Of a stretch of DNA of 64,000 nt, positions 1-12,952 are shown one piece after another (positions within the stretch are counted from its first letter, which is position 1; each line of letters begins with the position of its first letter). Source of the stretch: Octopus sinensis (taxonomy: Eukaryota); contig NC_043001.1 in NCBI RefSeq assembly GCF_006345805.1, forward strand, positions 120,466,001 through 120,530,000. The letters are read 5' to 3'. The translations under genes were made by a program, and so were the position numbers. The notes beneath the pieces are model-generated. The model did no database searches, was not told the DNA's origin, and saw only the letters and a program-made list of their open reading frames with translations.

Positions 1-292
1 TTTCTAAGCCTAGTACTTATTCTATCGGTCACTTTTGCCGAATCGCTTGGTTACGAGGACATAAACACACCAGCACTGGTTGTCAAGCGATGGCGGTGCA
101 GCAAACACACACACACGTATAAATATATACATATATATATGACGGCCTTCTTTCAGTTTCCGTGTACCGAATCCACTCACAAGGCTTTGGTCGGCCCGAG
201 GCTACAGAAAAGAGACACGTGCCCAATGTATCACGCAGTGGGACTGAACTGAGAATCATGTGATTGATAAGCAAGATTCTTAATACACAGCC
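1..292 (-). mobile_element. tRNA-derived SINE (two-part family with a microsatellite linker), cut by the window edge
   Basis: The reverse complement matches the complete plus-strand copy at 54943-55530 (head gttcagtcccactg...gaaactgaaagaag; body cttgacaacc...gatagaataagtact). Confidence 0.8.
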
Positions 293-309
293 TCGTCTGT
301 GTTTCCTGG

Positions 310-1140
310 CCAAAAAATGCATTCTTGGTGGTGAGACAGGGTCATAAAATTCGTGTTTGTCTAGCGAACCAGGTTATCATCAATGAAAATCCTAGCAATT
401 CAATGAGGGCGATTACCAATATTCTCCATGCGACTGAGTCAATGACTAGACCTGTGATGCAAAAAGACGGGTACAAATTCTATGTAATTAAAAGCGGGCA
501 GTTCCTGTCCGATAAGATCCGGGAGAAACGTGTATTCCGGTCGAAAAAAACCTGCTGAACAAATCTAAACACCACATGGAAACTGACATGCACTGATTCT
601 CTTCCGATGAGAAGAACTTTGTCGAACATTAAAACGTGAATCAGTGGAATGACATATGGGTCTGTGCCAGCCTCATTGAAGTCCCCATTCTTGTGAACAC
701 TAAGTTCACATAGTCTAAGTTGTCTTGAGGATCTTCAGTAATGAGGACCGTGTCTTCCCGCAATGTGGCAGCCTGTATCGAGACACCGATGGCGGTTGTC
801 AAGCCTTGGATGGAGATATTGGCTCAGAAGCAACCGCACGTGCCCTCTTCACCCTCTCTCACAGACTGCACGAACGAAGAGTGAACGACCGAAAATTTTC
901 ATGTTTCTTCCAACATTTTGCCTCCTGGCTCTGCTGATTAAATTCTTCGCACTACTGCGCTTGCGGTTTCACTGAGAGTGAGACCACAAACCCTACCCAG
1001 AATACGAAATACTCGTTGAGGTCTGCTATTGGAGACGTTATGGCCAACATGAATAAAAATCACCTGATCAACGCATTTAGTCGACTTAGAAACTGCCACG
1101 AGGCAACAGTCGAAACTGGTGGTGGATTTATTGGATATTC
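310..1140 (+). pseudogene. Decayed Tc1/mariner-superfamily transposase, maT/DD37D-like
   Basis: Manual translation across stops and frameshifts gives NSMRAITNILH..YKFYVIKSGQFLSDK, SDEKNF..VNQWNDIWVC..EVPILVNTKF, VVKPWMEILA, LPPGSAD (WPPxSPDL-like) and a C-terminus NMNKNHLINAFSRLR..TVETGGGFIG. Confidence 0.8.
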
Positions 1141-1286
1141 TCTTGTTTTATGCATGTAAAAACATGCGTACAAAAGTGTGTGTGTGTGTGTTACTTCAAA
1201 CAAAATCGCATTTTGTATGTTCTCTTGAACCAAATACGACGGTTCGGGATGCCGCCTATGTTTGCGCAAGGATACATAGACTCAGT

Positions 1287-1329
<43 letters not shown>

Positions 1330-1568
1330 AAATATGTGAAATCATCTCTTATATATAGAATCACACAGCACAACACAACCTGAGATCAACTTGACGATCG
1401 CCACCGATATATGCGAGAGAGTTCTTCAGAAAAGTTACCTTCACCACCGAAGTTAACAAAGAACTTACTCGAGCTACAAAGCAAAATGTAAAAAATTATT
1501 ACAAAAAAATTAAACTGATTAGAACTACCAATGAGGTCATTCTTTTCCTTTTTCAAATATATATATAT

Positions 1569-1845
1569 CAACGGAACAGCTGCTCATGACATTAACGCGC
1601 AAGTTGGCTGAATCCTCCGCAGAACACATACTCTTAACTAAATTCTCGGTGAGATATAGCGTAAAACAGAATGCGACAGAGCTGGCCCTTTGAAATACAG
1701 GTACTATTCATTTTTGCTAGTTGAGTGGACTGGAGCAACGTGAAACAAAGTGCTTTGTTCAAAAACACTAAGCGCCGCCGTGTGTCCAACTCTTTACTTT
1801 ATGATCGTGGGTCGAATACTGTAACCACTAAGCCACGCGCCTTAA
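1569..1845 (-). mobile_element. tRNA-derived SINE with a CORE-like central block
   Basis: The reverse strand reads ggcgcgtggcttagtggtt (A box)...tttcacgttgctccagtccactca...; related copies lie at 49480-49765 and 56060-56370. Confidence 0.7.
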
Positions 1846-2282
1846 CATATATATCATTGTAAATAAATAATTTGATATTGAGAGGACTTCAAGTGTCCAT
1901 CCGTCTACGTAAACAAGTCAGAAGTATAAAAGTGTTTTTTACAATAACATGCAAATTTCAGTTGGATACTCTCCTGACTATATATATATATATACTACCA
2001 GAGCAACAAATATAGAAGGTTACTCAAAGATCAGCTGCAAGAAACTCAGATAATAAGCAACCTGTGGTTTTAAAAATTCAGGATATAACAGTATCCCATT
2101 TTCTTTGCATTAATACATGAACACTCCCCCCCACACACACACATACATATTTATTTAAAGACTGGAATATTTGACATACGCTAAATGTGTTTACAATATG
2201 GAAAATGCATTTCATAAAAAAAAATTTAACTAAATTAACATATTCATATATATACACGTGTGTGTGTTTATATATATGAGTT

Positions 2283-2316
<34 letters not shown>

Positions 2317-3455
2317 GTGGGGGGTTTTAACAGAAAGAGGGAGAGAGAGAGAGAGAGAGAAAAGAAAATATCGAATCCATCAATAGTATTCATCGAGCAG
2401 TAAGTTACCTATCTGATGGAGTCGTCGATTTTTCTCTATCCCAACAAGTATGTAACTGTTGATTTTATTGTTGTTGTTGTTTAGTCCTTTATGTGTTTAA
2501 AAGCATTTTAACTATCTCTAATCCTCTATCTTTTTACAGACCCACGATATCTAATATCTGCTAAGCATTTATAATTTTTAGGACTATCCACCTCACATTA
2601 GAGTTGAAAACTGTTTTGATATTTATATCTGATCAACAAAACAATCAATTTGGTTAAAGACTGATCAATACTTATATCTAAAAATGGGATTAATAAATAG
2701 ACTACCAATCGTATGAACAATAAATGATGTCATTCGTTTAGACGTTTAATACCCTACATGGTTTGAAATGGTAGTGTTACGTCTATAAGAGATTTGGTCA
2801 GCTATTTCTATCAGGCCGAACGACTACACAGAGGCGTCCACATTGGCGCGCTCAAAGCATCATTGCCATTCCTGGTACGCCGTGGCTTTGCAGCATACGA
2901 AACATTGCATGATAATCCGATTATTTCTTAGACCAAATCTCCTGTTGTGTATATTTGAACCGGTCGTCATTATTGGTGGATAACATAAGAAAGACATTTC
3001 TCTATAAACCATTTCTTAATACTATTTAAGACTCTATCTTTATGAATGATGTGAATTTAATCGAATCTAGCTTAGTTTATGCAATGGCGTCCAACAAAAC
3101 CAACTCCAAGATTAAGCTTTTAATGTCGGTGGCGGCATTCACCACGCAAAACTTTAATTTCTACATTAGAAAATCTTCATTACCTGTTCAAGACACAAAA
3201 GTAGAAGGAATGATGTGAGGAGATATTCTCCAGTTGGTTCCCCAACCTACTAGAAATAGAACCGTAATCTCCCTCACATCGCACTCTACTGTATTTAATA
3301 AGAAGAAAAGGAGCAAGAGATGGTGTAGTCGTTGGAGATGTTATATCTGCATAAAAGACACCATAGCTATGGCTTGAATGCGTTATAGATTTGCTCTTTC
3401 TGATTGACCTGGGGCTAAACGACGAAGAACGAACAATCTACTGTCTTACATATAC

Positions 3456-4311
3456 TACGTGGAGGTATCAAAAAGTTCCCGGGCGAGTCCTGTAGCGAGC
3501 CAACAGATGGAAGTTCACGGTTGCATGCGCAGTGAGAGCTTGTAGTGACCTTTATGAGGCAGTGTGTCGAGTGACATCGCTGTGTTTACTTCGCAAGTTG
3601 TGGAATTTGTGTTTCTGTCATCACGTGTATACTGTAGTCTACGATTTTGTCATTGACAGGAACAACGTGAAATTTTGCGTTAAACTTGGAAAGTCTGCTA
3701 CAGAGACATTGAGCATGAGACGGCAAGCTTTCAGCGACGGGGTAATGGGTCGTAGACAATATTTCGAGTGGAACTGGCGCTTCAAAAGCAGAAGAATGTC
3801 CCTGGAAGACGATGAACGATCTGGAATACCTGCCACGAGCGTCATCCCCGTAAATGTGGTATTGTGCATCGAGAATTTGTCTCCCAAAGCCAGACAATCG
3901 AGAATTCTACTACGACGCTTTGAATCGTTTGGGGGATGATATTTGGCGAAAGCGACCGGATCTGTGGAGCGTAAAGAATTGGATTCTTCTCTGAACCCTC
4001 CTCACTCGTGAGCTTCTTGCCAAAAACAACATCGTATTGCTTGTGAACCCACCCTATTCGCCAGATTTAGCACCAGCGAACTTCCATCTCTTCCCCACAA
4101 AATGAAAATGCTACTCCAGAGCGAATCGCAGAAGGTCATCGACTCGCTGGCGGAAAACGACTTCCAAGCCGGATTCTGAAAGTGGCAGGAACTATAGAAC
4201 CGGTGTACTGCTGTGGAAGGTGACTATTTCGAAGGAGATGATGTTAAAACTTAGATAAGTTATTTTTTATTAAACATTACTAGTCGTGGAACCTTTTGAT
4301 ACGACCTCGTA
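3456..4311 (+). mobile_element. Internally deleted mariner (DD34D) element with both TIRs
   Basis: Left TIR tacgtggaggtatcaaaaagttcc versus right TIR reverse complement tacgaggtcgtatcaaaaggttcc. N-terminal NVKFCVKLGKSATETL..LEDDERSG is joined directly to GIVHREF; PPYSPDLAP is present. Confidence 0.9.
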
Positions 4312-4789
4312 TAACATCAGATGTATTTGATAAGGGATGACCTTGGAATGCAGCAAGGATGTCAATTTTGCATGTTCTCTCAAAGATTAATAACAATTTT
4401 AATGTAATAGGTTTATACAAAATTCTTTGAATCCGCTTAAGCTGAGTCAATCTTAGTTTTGTGAACTGATTTTCATTGTCTTGGAGAACAATTTACTCTG
4501 GTCTCGATTTACTATCAAACTAGAATATCTTTGATCATAAAGAAGGAAGGAACCGTTAGATAATATAGGTGTCTTTCAAACGATGTCGACCTGGAGCTAC
4601 ATAACAGTAACAATAAATTCAGAACTTCATATTTCTCTTCTCTAACACTTCTTTTTTAATCATTAATTTTTACTTATATTATCTATGCAATGTTATTTAC
4701 TTTTACGTATTATCACTGCTCCTTTTAGAAGAAATAGTGAAGCGGCGCTAAGGAATATATGCCGGACAAATTACTGGTTGTACGAAGTT

Positions 4790-4990
4790 ACTCTCTATCA
4801 AGAGATCTGGTTCACATGCTTGCAACAAAGTTGACACTCAAGGAATTATCAGTGGTGCTCTTCCCACTCACCATCTCTCCAATTTATTCATCCTCAGAAC
4901 GTCAGCCCTCTGACATTCACTCCCTTCCCGTGCATTTACCGCAGCCTTCAGCTATTCAAGAACATTAACTACATCAATGTCACCAAGCAT
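4790..4990 (+). mobile_element. Decayed 3' end of a CR1/L2/Jockey-group LINE reverse transcriptase
   Basis: ttcatcctcagaacgtcagccctctgacattcactccct translates as FILRTSAL*HSLP, resembling the conserved F.PRT..LWNSLP tail, followed by LQLFKN. Confidence 0.5.
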
Positions 4991-7585
4991 AAAGGACTTA
5001 AACACTCTATGGTTATAAATATAAAGTATAATCTAGCATTCCCTCAGGCAAAATGTATGATCATATACGTATGCGAGACAGCAATATTTTCCGCTCCTTC
5101 TTTTCCTAATTATTTTGCTTCATACTTCTATTTGTCGCCATCCCTTCATTCTGTCTATTTCGTGTGTATATATTGATATATCTAATGTTCATTATATATT
5201 GTAATTACCAAGAAGATTTGTGAGTAATGTGATGTATTATCATTGTGATTATTATTTTGTTTGCTGTAGTTGTGCATTTGTTATTGCTTAACCACTTCCT
5301 GACATTCGCTTCCAGTTAGTTGCTTGCATTGCAGCTACAATCACATGTTTGGCATGTCAATTTGGACATAACATTAGTTTGCTTCAGCAGATATTTGATA
5401 CTGTTGCACATGTTGTTGCCACTACTGTGCAGTCTTGTCTTCCTTATATTTGTTATCTGCTGATAAATAGTGCTGTCTTCAGTCTTTTACAAACACATAA
5501 ATTTTCCAGATCAGCAATAATTAACAGTAACAACTTAGACATGGGGAAAATGCAATCTTCAGAGAATGGCACGCAAAACATCAATAGATTATGGTTAATT
5601 ACATTTTCCAATTACTAAAGAAGATATGAAAGCTATACAGCTAAGGTTTTTTTGGGAAAATATAAAATAAACTTCATAAACCTCACATGCATTGTGTATT
5701 CAACCAATAACTCTATATATACATGTGTATGTGTGTCATCGCGTATGTGACGATACGTCAAATTATAGTGCGCATACGTGTGTTCATGTAATCATATATG
5801 TGTTTGATAATTGACAGTAGGTGAGATAAATTGCCATATAGAATTATTTTTCGAATTGCAAAAATAAGTTTATCTTTAATCGATGAATGTAAAAGCAAAA
5901 CGATACGTGACCCATATAAGGTAAGCAAGGCATATAAGGGTAATAAATGTAATAACGACTACTGCGAGAGTGAACGAGTGCAGGAGTCGTGTAAAGTGTT
6001 TAAAGTACCAATTAAAGTATTGCAAATGTCTAAATACTTTATTGGCAACAATAATGCTGCCAGAATGTCTAAGGAAGAAAATTTGGTAATTTACTCGAAA
6101 TCTATTTGACTTATTGGAAGATAACTATCTCAGAATACTAAATAAAATTATGAAGTTTCTCTAAAGAAAGCGGTAAATGTTGCTCGTTGCTGTTCTATTT
6201 TAATATTGATTTGTCACATTCCTATCAACGTAACCAGCGTATCAATAAAGCGACGTTAATTTTGATTTGTTTTTAATGAACAAAACGAAGGTCCTCTCTC
6301 ATTCACAGATGCAGTGTTGCATCTCTGATTATGACATTTAACGGTAAAAGGAATCGTGCTCCTGGCTGTAACTTGGCACCATAGAGTGCTAAAGCTCGTT
6401 GACGTGCAGTGTGGAAGTACAATAACGAGCAGTATTTTGTAACTGTGCAGTAAATTCCTTCTGTGAGTGTGACTTAGAGAAATTTTCTTAGACAAACTGC
6501 GTCAATATTTAACGATAAAGATTTCATCAGGCGTAACAATGGGAACTTGGATAATTTAATGTAATTAAATCAGTAATATTTATATTTATTCAAAGAAAGA
6601 GCGATAGTGCTCAAGCATTTTATTAATTCTCCTGTAACGGTGAGTTTTATGCGATTAATGGCAAGCTTAAGATATTTTATGCTAATGCTAGTAAGGAAAG
6701 CATGGAGCCCCTCAAGTCAATAGGGAGGAGTTTCAATGTGGCCGATTGACCTACTAAAAATGAGAAACCAAGACTTTGAGGCAGGAGTTTGAAAGTATAA
6801 AAAAATCACAGGTAGAATACCTTTGATAGTATCTCTCTTCGACTAGGATTCACGTGAGATTATAAACAACAACCACATGAGCAGGAAGGAAAAGAGGATT
6901 TTGAAAGCTTTTTAATGCAGAGTCGGGGAGTAAGACACGGCAGAAATGAATAGGTAAAACTGCATCGTGAATATTTCAGTAAAGGTAAAGCTCCAGTTTA
7001 TTAAATACGATGATTAACAGCTGTTGTAAAATCAACAGAAGAGTTTAGTGGCTTCAACAAGTTGTTCAGCCAATTTCTGACAGACGACCAGTAAGTCTTG
7101 CTTTATGATGTCTATAATATTTGAATTTCTAGCAACAGTGTCGTACCAAATATATGCACAATAATACATTTTAGGTAGCTTCTGAGTTCTATAGTTAGAG
7201 GTAATATACAGAATGTGTGTGAGTGTATACATCTGATTTTGATTTTTCTTAATTCTCTTTTAAAAGGGTAAGGAGCAAACCACAGATAAAAGTCAACCCT
7301 ATAAAATTTGAACTTTGGAAAAGACATACAAAAGACAGATCTTAGGCTGAACATTAGATAGTTTGTACAATCACTTCCTAACATCGTTGACATTTATCGA
7401 AGAATGCCATCTGGATACGCAATTATGAAAACTGTATTTAATAGTTTATCAGATTCATTTATGTCAGTCAAGCAACAAGCAAAAACCAGCAGCTTACTTC
7501 TTACTTTACTCTTCCTCTCCTCTCACACCGACACACACACACTCACACATACAGAAGACTTTTTCTATCGATATTCAGTTTTACA

Positions 7586-7595
7586 GTGACGTCAC
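7586..7595. promoter_or_regulatory. Full CRE/ATF palindrome GTGACGTCAC
   Basis: Exact TGACGTCA within a 10-bp palindrome, in a non-repetitive region next to CT/CA-rich sequence. Function is unproven. Confidence 0.25.
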
Positions 7596-8569
7596 ACAAC
7601 ACCATACGCGAAGGACCATTAAGTATTAAAGATAAGAAATGTCAAAGATAGACATGACATGGAGGTTAGCGTGAAATGCAGTCGAAATGTAGGCAACAGA
7701 CTAGATAGTTTTGTACTGTAGCTTGTACAGTGAAACAAATGATAAATATTGGTTTCTTTCTACCAATTATCAAAAGCTCTATATATAACGACAAAGAAAG
7801 AAGTGCTAGATATGGCGTTCGTTCATTTCCCAATGACAACGACGCACATGAGGTGAAGTAACTCCAATTGAATCGCAATTTCGACTTCCCTCGCTACACT
7901 TGTTGAATAGCACAATAAATATTAGTGATCGACATGAAAAGAAAGGCTCTATGCTATTACTCGATCTAGTAGAAATAGCAAATAAATATGTCTCAAATCA
8001 CACTCTACGTCTAAGAAAGAACATTGATTTCAGCCGAAAGGAACGCATCTACTTGATAAGTCTTAGCCTGATAGATACAGAGTAAAATATATCTCAAATT
8101 ATACTCTACCATTTTAAAGCGTGACAGAAATATATGTATCCAGAAAGTAGCAATCAAATATCTCTCAAGTCAAGCTCTTCCGACATAACATGAGGACATA
8201 TTTGATTAATGTGGTCCTAGATGTACAAAATAACATGAGAACGTGACGATCTCGACTGGAGGGACTTTGGTTGTAGATTCCGTCTAGGCTGACTGGTGCT
8301 AAAAACAACAGTTGTAGGACGATCAAGGTTTCCACGCATGTGATCATGGATCTGATCAATCGGGAGTAACGTTAGGCTAAAAAGGAACAACAAGAATACG
8401 ATGATGATGATCATGATGGTAGTTTATGTCGGAAATTGATAAGGCACGTCCTCAAGTATCAGTTTATTAAACCTGTCTTTGACGCTACATGACTTTTCTT
8501 CCTGCCTGTGCTTCGTATGTCTAGTTTGAGTGTCAGTCTTCGCAGTCAGATCAAACTCTTTAAACCTGA

Positions 8570-8800
8570 AGGTTTGACCACAGTGGCTCAGTATGATGGT
8601 GCGGTGACCGGCAAGCTATAGGTGTTACAATGGAGTAGCCTTCTATTAGATGAACTGACTTATTGGGCTGGACAGTTCCACCTGGAATTACCAGAAGGGT
8701 GTCAAAGAGGGTGCCAGACCGCCTGAGGGACTGCAATCCTTGACTTGCTCTCGGGATTTACTCCCCAAGCCTTTTCCTTTCCTAGGGCACTCACAAATTA
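8570..8800 (-). mobile_element. Possible 5' UTR remnant of an RTE-clade LINE
   Basis: The reverse strand ggcttggggagtaaatccc...agtccctcaggcggt resembles RTE-type 5' UTR motifs from memory; no coding support. Confidence 0.3.
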
Positions 8801-9009
8801 GTGAGGGTTTGTGCTTGAAGATTCTTCCATAGCATGTTAATTAACCAACATCTGGGACCCTGACAGGTGCTACTACCCCGGTTCAGACTAGACCTGGTAA
8901 CAATACTGACTAATAGATGGTTCCACATTCTCAAAACCCTGGAACTCCAGAACCAGGACCTCACTGCCGGATGCAGCTTAAAATCATACCCAGGACAAAA
9001 CAATATCAA

Positions 9010-9226
9010 TATTGGTTTTAAATTTTAGCACAAGGCCATCAATTTCAATGGGAGGACGTAAGGCGATTATATAGACCGCAACATTGTATTGGTACTTATT
9101 TTATCGACTCCGAAAGGATGAAAGGTAAAATCGACCTCGACGGAATTTGAACTTGGAACTTAAAGACAGATGAAATGCCGCTAAGCATTTTTCCGAGCGT
9201 GCTAACGGATCTTCCAGCTCGCAACC
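9010..9226 (-). mobile_element. tRNA-derived SINE (gagctggcagaa / gtcgactttgcctttcatcctttc family)
   Basis: Contains the reverse complement of the family core (cgaaaggatgaaagg..tcgacctcg..ggaatttgaact). Confidence 0.85.
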
Positions 9227-9854
9227 TGAAATAAGAATATAAATATTGACTTACTTTAATTGAACAGCACCTCATATTTTTATTTGATGCGGGATAGCTA
9301 AAATAATTGAAACTGGCCTTAGGATATCACTGATAGTGATTTTAACAATGTTAGATGGATAAAAAGCAAAACCAGCCACAGCGGTTTTGTACCCAGAATA
9401 TAAATAAATAACAGAAATTTATACCACTAAACATGTTTCGGTTATCTACCACAACATCTCCATCATAAAATCATTATTCAAACAACTGCTATGAAAAATG
9501 AATCTCACCATTCCACGTTAGGGATTTGTGTCCCACATTAGATTTGCTAAGTATTCAAATTGTTGTTTTGTGACTCTGCCAACAACATCAATGTAGCTGA
9601 GTGGACCTCGTCCGCTATCGAGATGCAGAAGTCTCTAACATTTGACACAGCCTGGTATCCAGTACTATATCTATGGCCAGTAACTTAGCGGTGAAGTCAT
9701 AAAAGCGTAGAGAAAGCTACGTATTTAATACAACACACGGGCTCATAAACACGTACACCTACGCACGACAAAAAAAATGCATTTAGATTGATCTCTATGT
9801 GTTAGTATTTATTATAAGATCTCATCTCGTATAACTCCTTTTGATATCCTTCTC

Positions 9855-10015
9855 TACTCTAGGCAAAAGGCTCGAAATTTTGGGGAAGGGGGCCAGTCGA
9901 TTAGATGGACTCCATTACGCAACTGGTACTTAATTTATCGACCCCGAAAGGATGAAAGGCAAAGTGAACCTCGGTGGAATTTGAACTCAGAAAGTAAAGA
10001 CAGATGAAATAACTT
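9855..10015 (-). mobile_element. SINE fragment, same family
   Basis: atcgaccccgaaaggatgaaaggcaaagt core. Confidence 0.8.
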
Positions 10016-10039
10016 CTTAATGCTTTCATAACATCAACT

Positions 10040-10228
10040 TTCGAAATCATCACCACCACCACTACAATTACCACTACTTAACCACCACCACCACTATCAC
10101 CATCACCACAACCACCACTACAACCACCTTCACCACCACCACTACCACCGTTGCTAATTACACTATCACTATCAAGATGCTATCGCTACGGTCGACAGCA
10201 CCATCACTAATTACGCCGTTATCACGTC

Positions 10229-10289
<61 letters not shown>

Positions 10290-11870
10290 TATCAATTACA
10301 TTATAACTGTTAATATCATCACCACAATCAACAAAAAATTCCCATCAGCTCTCAGACCATCCTCATCACCATCACTACTATCACAATAAAACACACAACC
10401 ATGTCACACCGTACCCACCACCACCACCACAAATTCCATCACCATCGGCACCGCCACCACTATAGTAATTCTCTCCGCATCGGCCATCAGTCCATCGTGT
10501 TAACGATTACCATAAGCACCACCGACGCAAACACAGACATTTATTAGCATCACCATAAGAAAAATCAACATCTCTGCCTCCTCTACTATCGCCTGCTCGA
10601 CCACCGCCACCTTCAAAACGGTAGCAGATTTGATCACCGCCACCACCACCACCAACACCACCAACACCACATCTAATGCTCGCTGCAATATACATCATTA
10701 AAAGTCACTATCTCATCAACAATCTTCACTATCACTACTATCACCACTAGTATTTCCATAGCCACCAGCGTAGCGGCAACACCATCACAGCAATACCTGT
10801 AAACCAGACCACCACCACCACCACCACCACAATTGACAATATCATAAGCACTAAGGCAACGAACTGGCAGAAAAGTGAGCACTCTAGGCGAAATGTTTAG
10901 CGGTATTTCATCTGTCATTACGTTCAGAGTTCAAATTTCACTGAGGTCGACTTTGCCTTTCATCCTTTCAGCGTCGATAAAATAAGTACCAGTTGCGTAT
11001 TGGGGTCAATCTCATCGACTGTCTCCCTCCCCCAAAATTTCGGGCTTTGTGACAAGAGTAGAAAAGAATCGTTAGCGCACCAGGTAAAATGCTTAGCACC
11101 ATTTCGTTTTCGTTCGCCTTCTGAGTTCAAATTCCGCTGAGGTCGACTTTGCCTTTCATCCTTTCTGTGTCGATAAATCAAGTACCAGTTGAACTGTGGG
11201 TCGATGTGATCGACTGACACCTCCTCCACCCGAACTTGCTGGCATTGTGCCAAAATTTGAGATCAATGTTACAACTACCACCACCACCATTAACACTACC
11301 ATGTCTAACAATAATTACTTCCATACCACGACAGCCACCACCACCACCACAACCATTTCTATAAGCCACAAGGATAGCCGTCACCACCACCGCCAATCAA
11401 CACCACTACCACAAACACTACCATTGGCACCATCACTGCTACCAATGATCCACCACCAACACCACTATACTACCACTTATACCACCGTTGTTATCGTGAT
11501 AATCACCACCACCACTACTGTAACAAGCACTACCATCGCCGCCACATCTTCCAATTGCCAATAAATATCATTATAACCACCACTACCAAACACTACCAAC
11601 ACCGCCCTAACCACAACCATCATTAGCACTACCACCATTAGCACGACTCCTACGACCACTACCATCACCAACAATAAACCACCACTATCACTACAAATAC
11701 CATTACCACCATTTCTTCAATCACAACCATCAGCTACTATCACCACTACGACCACCACCATCAACACCACAACCACAAATATTACCATCACCATCATCTC
11801 CATCAGTATGCAACCAACAACTACCACCATCATCACATCTCCATCTCTCACCATCACCCACGCCAGCATT
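10040..11870. repeat. Degenerate (ACC/ATC/ACT)n trinucleotide low-complexity tract containing an (AAT)n run
   Basis: Continuous strand-biased caccac/catcac/tactac pattern over about 1.8 kb. Confidence 0.85.
10855..11270 (+). mobile_element. Head-to-tail pair of SINEs inside the ACC tract
   Basis: The core gaggtcgactttgcctttcatcctttc occurs twice, at about 10944 and 11139. Confidence 0.85.
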
Positions 11871-12575
11871 TCTTCATTCTGCTATCTTTTGTTAATCTTG
11901 TTCTTATTTAAGTCGTACGCGTTTATCTTCCTTGTCATCTCACCGTCATAGAAGAAGAAGAAGAAGAAGTGAGTTACGGCGAAGCGGCACTTGCCTCCGT
12001 TCCTCTCCGTACAGACTGATGTCATTGAAAGTGAGGTTATCAGCGCAGAGAAACGAAGGGGAAAAAAATAAAGTTCTTCTCGGAACGAGCTTTTATCATA
12101 ACAATATTAAATAGTTTTATCATTTCGCTCACGATTTTCCATTATGGCGAGCGCGTTTCAGAAATGCCTACAGTGATAGCGATGATGACAATGACAAGGT
12201 CGTCGACGACAACGACGACGATTACGATAATGATGGTGATGGTGGTGGTGGTGGTGGTGGTGGTGATAATCATTCGTGGTTCCTTACCTCCAGGGTAGCA
12301 AGGAGACTATGTTACACAGCAATTCAAATTCAACACACTAAAACTAAACACAGGAATTGCAAATTTCCAAACATAAGTTTGCGTTTCTGCATGCTCACAC
12401 AATCACACACATGCACACATACACACACATACACTCACATACACACAAACACGCACGCACACATATCTTCATATATATATAGGTGGGGGAGAATTCACAA
12501 AAAAACAAAAGACGAAGACAGATGGTGTAGACAACAAACAGATGTATTAGTTTAACACTCGGGAAGTGAAAAAGT

Positions 12576-12611
12576 CTTTAACGTTTCGAGCCTACACTCT
12601 TCCACAGAAAG
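12576..12611 (-). ncRNA. Degenerate minimal type I hammerhead-like motif in a PLE pLTR-like repeat
   Basis: Minus strand: CUUU-CUGUGGA-A-GAGU guag GCUC-GAA-ACGU-U-AAAG. Stems I and II pair and stem III is the palindrome ACGU, but the core deviates from CUGANGA. Confidence 0.45.
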
Positions 12612-12636
12612 GAACACAGACAGAAACAAGTAGAGA

Positions 12637-12722
<86 letters not shown>

Positions 12723-12857
12723 TTCTAGGTAAATGTATAAGTATAGAGTTTAAAATAGCTTTAAAAAAACAGAATACAAATACTTGGTATTTCAGATATT
12801 CTATCGTGGTCGTTTACACAGTCGATAATAATTAATTATTACTACACACTAACTTGA

Positions 12858-12946
<89 letters not shown>

Positions 12947-12952
12947 CATATA

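Noticed and set aside
7036-7090. Plus-strand micro-exon EEFSGFNKLFSQFLTDD followed by gtaagt, reminiscent of the UDP-glucose pyrophosphorylase N-terminus
   Set aside because: Only 17 aa with a weak acceptor; the expected GPSVDW continuation and all other exons are absent, so probably chance.
8570-8860. Possible HDV-like ribozyme at an RTE-like 5' end
   Set aside because: I could not build the nested double pseudoknot by eye; this needs a descriptor or covariance search.
11196-11564. Thr-rich 122-aa ORF resembling a mucin
   Set aside because: It begins inside a SINE and runs through a degenerate ACC repeat; no signal peptide or splice support.
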